From IMG/VR virus record IMGVR_UViG_3300017766_002156, positions 1 through 42,082 of that record: DNA of 42,082 nucleotides; one strand, given 5' to 3'. The position numbers were made by a program, and so were the translations under genes. Shown one piece after another: positions 41,605 to 42,082 of this stretch. The stretch comes from a virus (Duplodnaviria > Caudoviricetes). A model generated the notes under the pieces. That model searched no databases. It saw nothing but the letters and a program-made list of their open reading frames with translations, and was not told the DNA's origin. How positions within the stretch are numbered: the first letter of the stretch is position 1; each line of letters begins with the position of its first letter.

Positions 41605-42082
41605 GGTGAGGTGAGCGAGGGAGAGTTACGGCTACACGGGCGGTCAGGACCGTTCCAGCGACGCTGATGGCGTTCTTCACTGCGGTCTTTACTACCTTAA
41701 CAGGGTCGACGATTCCTGCCTCCCACATATCCACAACTTCGAGAGTCTTTGCGTTGAAGCCCTTTGAGCCGAAGCCTACTTCGTCGCCAAGGACCTTGGA
41801 GTCAGCTCCAGCGTTCTCAACGATTTGCATGAGAGGAGCGATGAGTGCCTTCTTGAGGATGTTACCTCCGATAGTGTCAGGCATCTTGGATGCTGCGTTT
41901 GCGAGCGCTACGCCACCGCCTGGGATGATGCCTTCCTGGAGTGCCTGGTATGCAGCGTTACGTGCATCCTCAGCCTTGAGGCGCTTGTAGGCGAGTTCGG
42001 TCTCTGACTGTGCGCCGAGCTTGAGTGTGGCGACACGGGTCTTGAGCCATGAGATACGGAGCTTAGCCTCGTCAGTGTTCTG
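41573..42082 (-). CDS. groEL: Chaperonin GroEL, 3' part (continues from position 1)
   Basis: EGIIPGGGVAL, IVENAG, GIVDPVKVVKTA motifs; ends PPMPGM. Confidence 0.96.
   Translation of the reverse strand, partial: QNTDEAKLRISWLKTRVATLKLGAQSETELAYKRLKAEDARNAAYQALQEGIIPGGGVALANAASKMPDTIGGNILKKALIAPLMQIVENAGADSKVLGDEVGFGSKGFNAKTLEVVDMWEAGIVDPVKVVKTAVKNAISVAGTVLTARVAVTLPRSPHHEAAPPMPGM
41960..42082. repeat. Terminal overlap (copy 2)
   Basis: Identical to 1-123. Confidence 0.97.

Overview
The window looks like a complete, circularly assembled phage genome of 41,959 bp: bases 1-123 repeat exactly at 41960-42082, inside groEL. It is podovirus-like, with no tape measure protein or integrase seen. A Parcubacteria-type peptidoglycan-binding domain and the lack of Shine-Dalgarno motifs suggest a Patescibacteria (CPR) host; this is inference. 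The right arm (18.3-41.0 kb, + strand) holds lysis, terminase, portal, scaffold, capsid, tail and ejection genes. The left arm holds groES/groEL, recombination and replication genes, and a dense RNA module at 2.4-8.4 kb. That module has a Ro60/Rsr (TROVE-vWA) gene, five tandem Y-RNA-like units with a shared scaffold but different payloads, 24 tRNA genes covering all 20 amino acids (His degenerate), two unclassifiable tRNA-like RNAs, a tmRNA and a vWA protein. The strongest candidate for a new system is one Y RNA whose hairpin is antisense to a 9-nt element (UAGCAACAC) lying 4-5 nt before the AUG of four leftward genes, including rsr itself. This suggests a Ro60/Y-RNA base-pairing guide that regulates phage mRNAs. 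All calls come from reading the sequence by eye; no database searches or folding programs were run.
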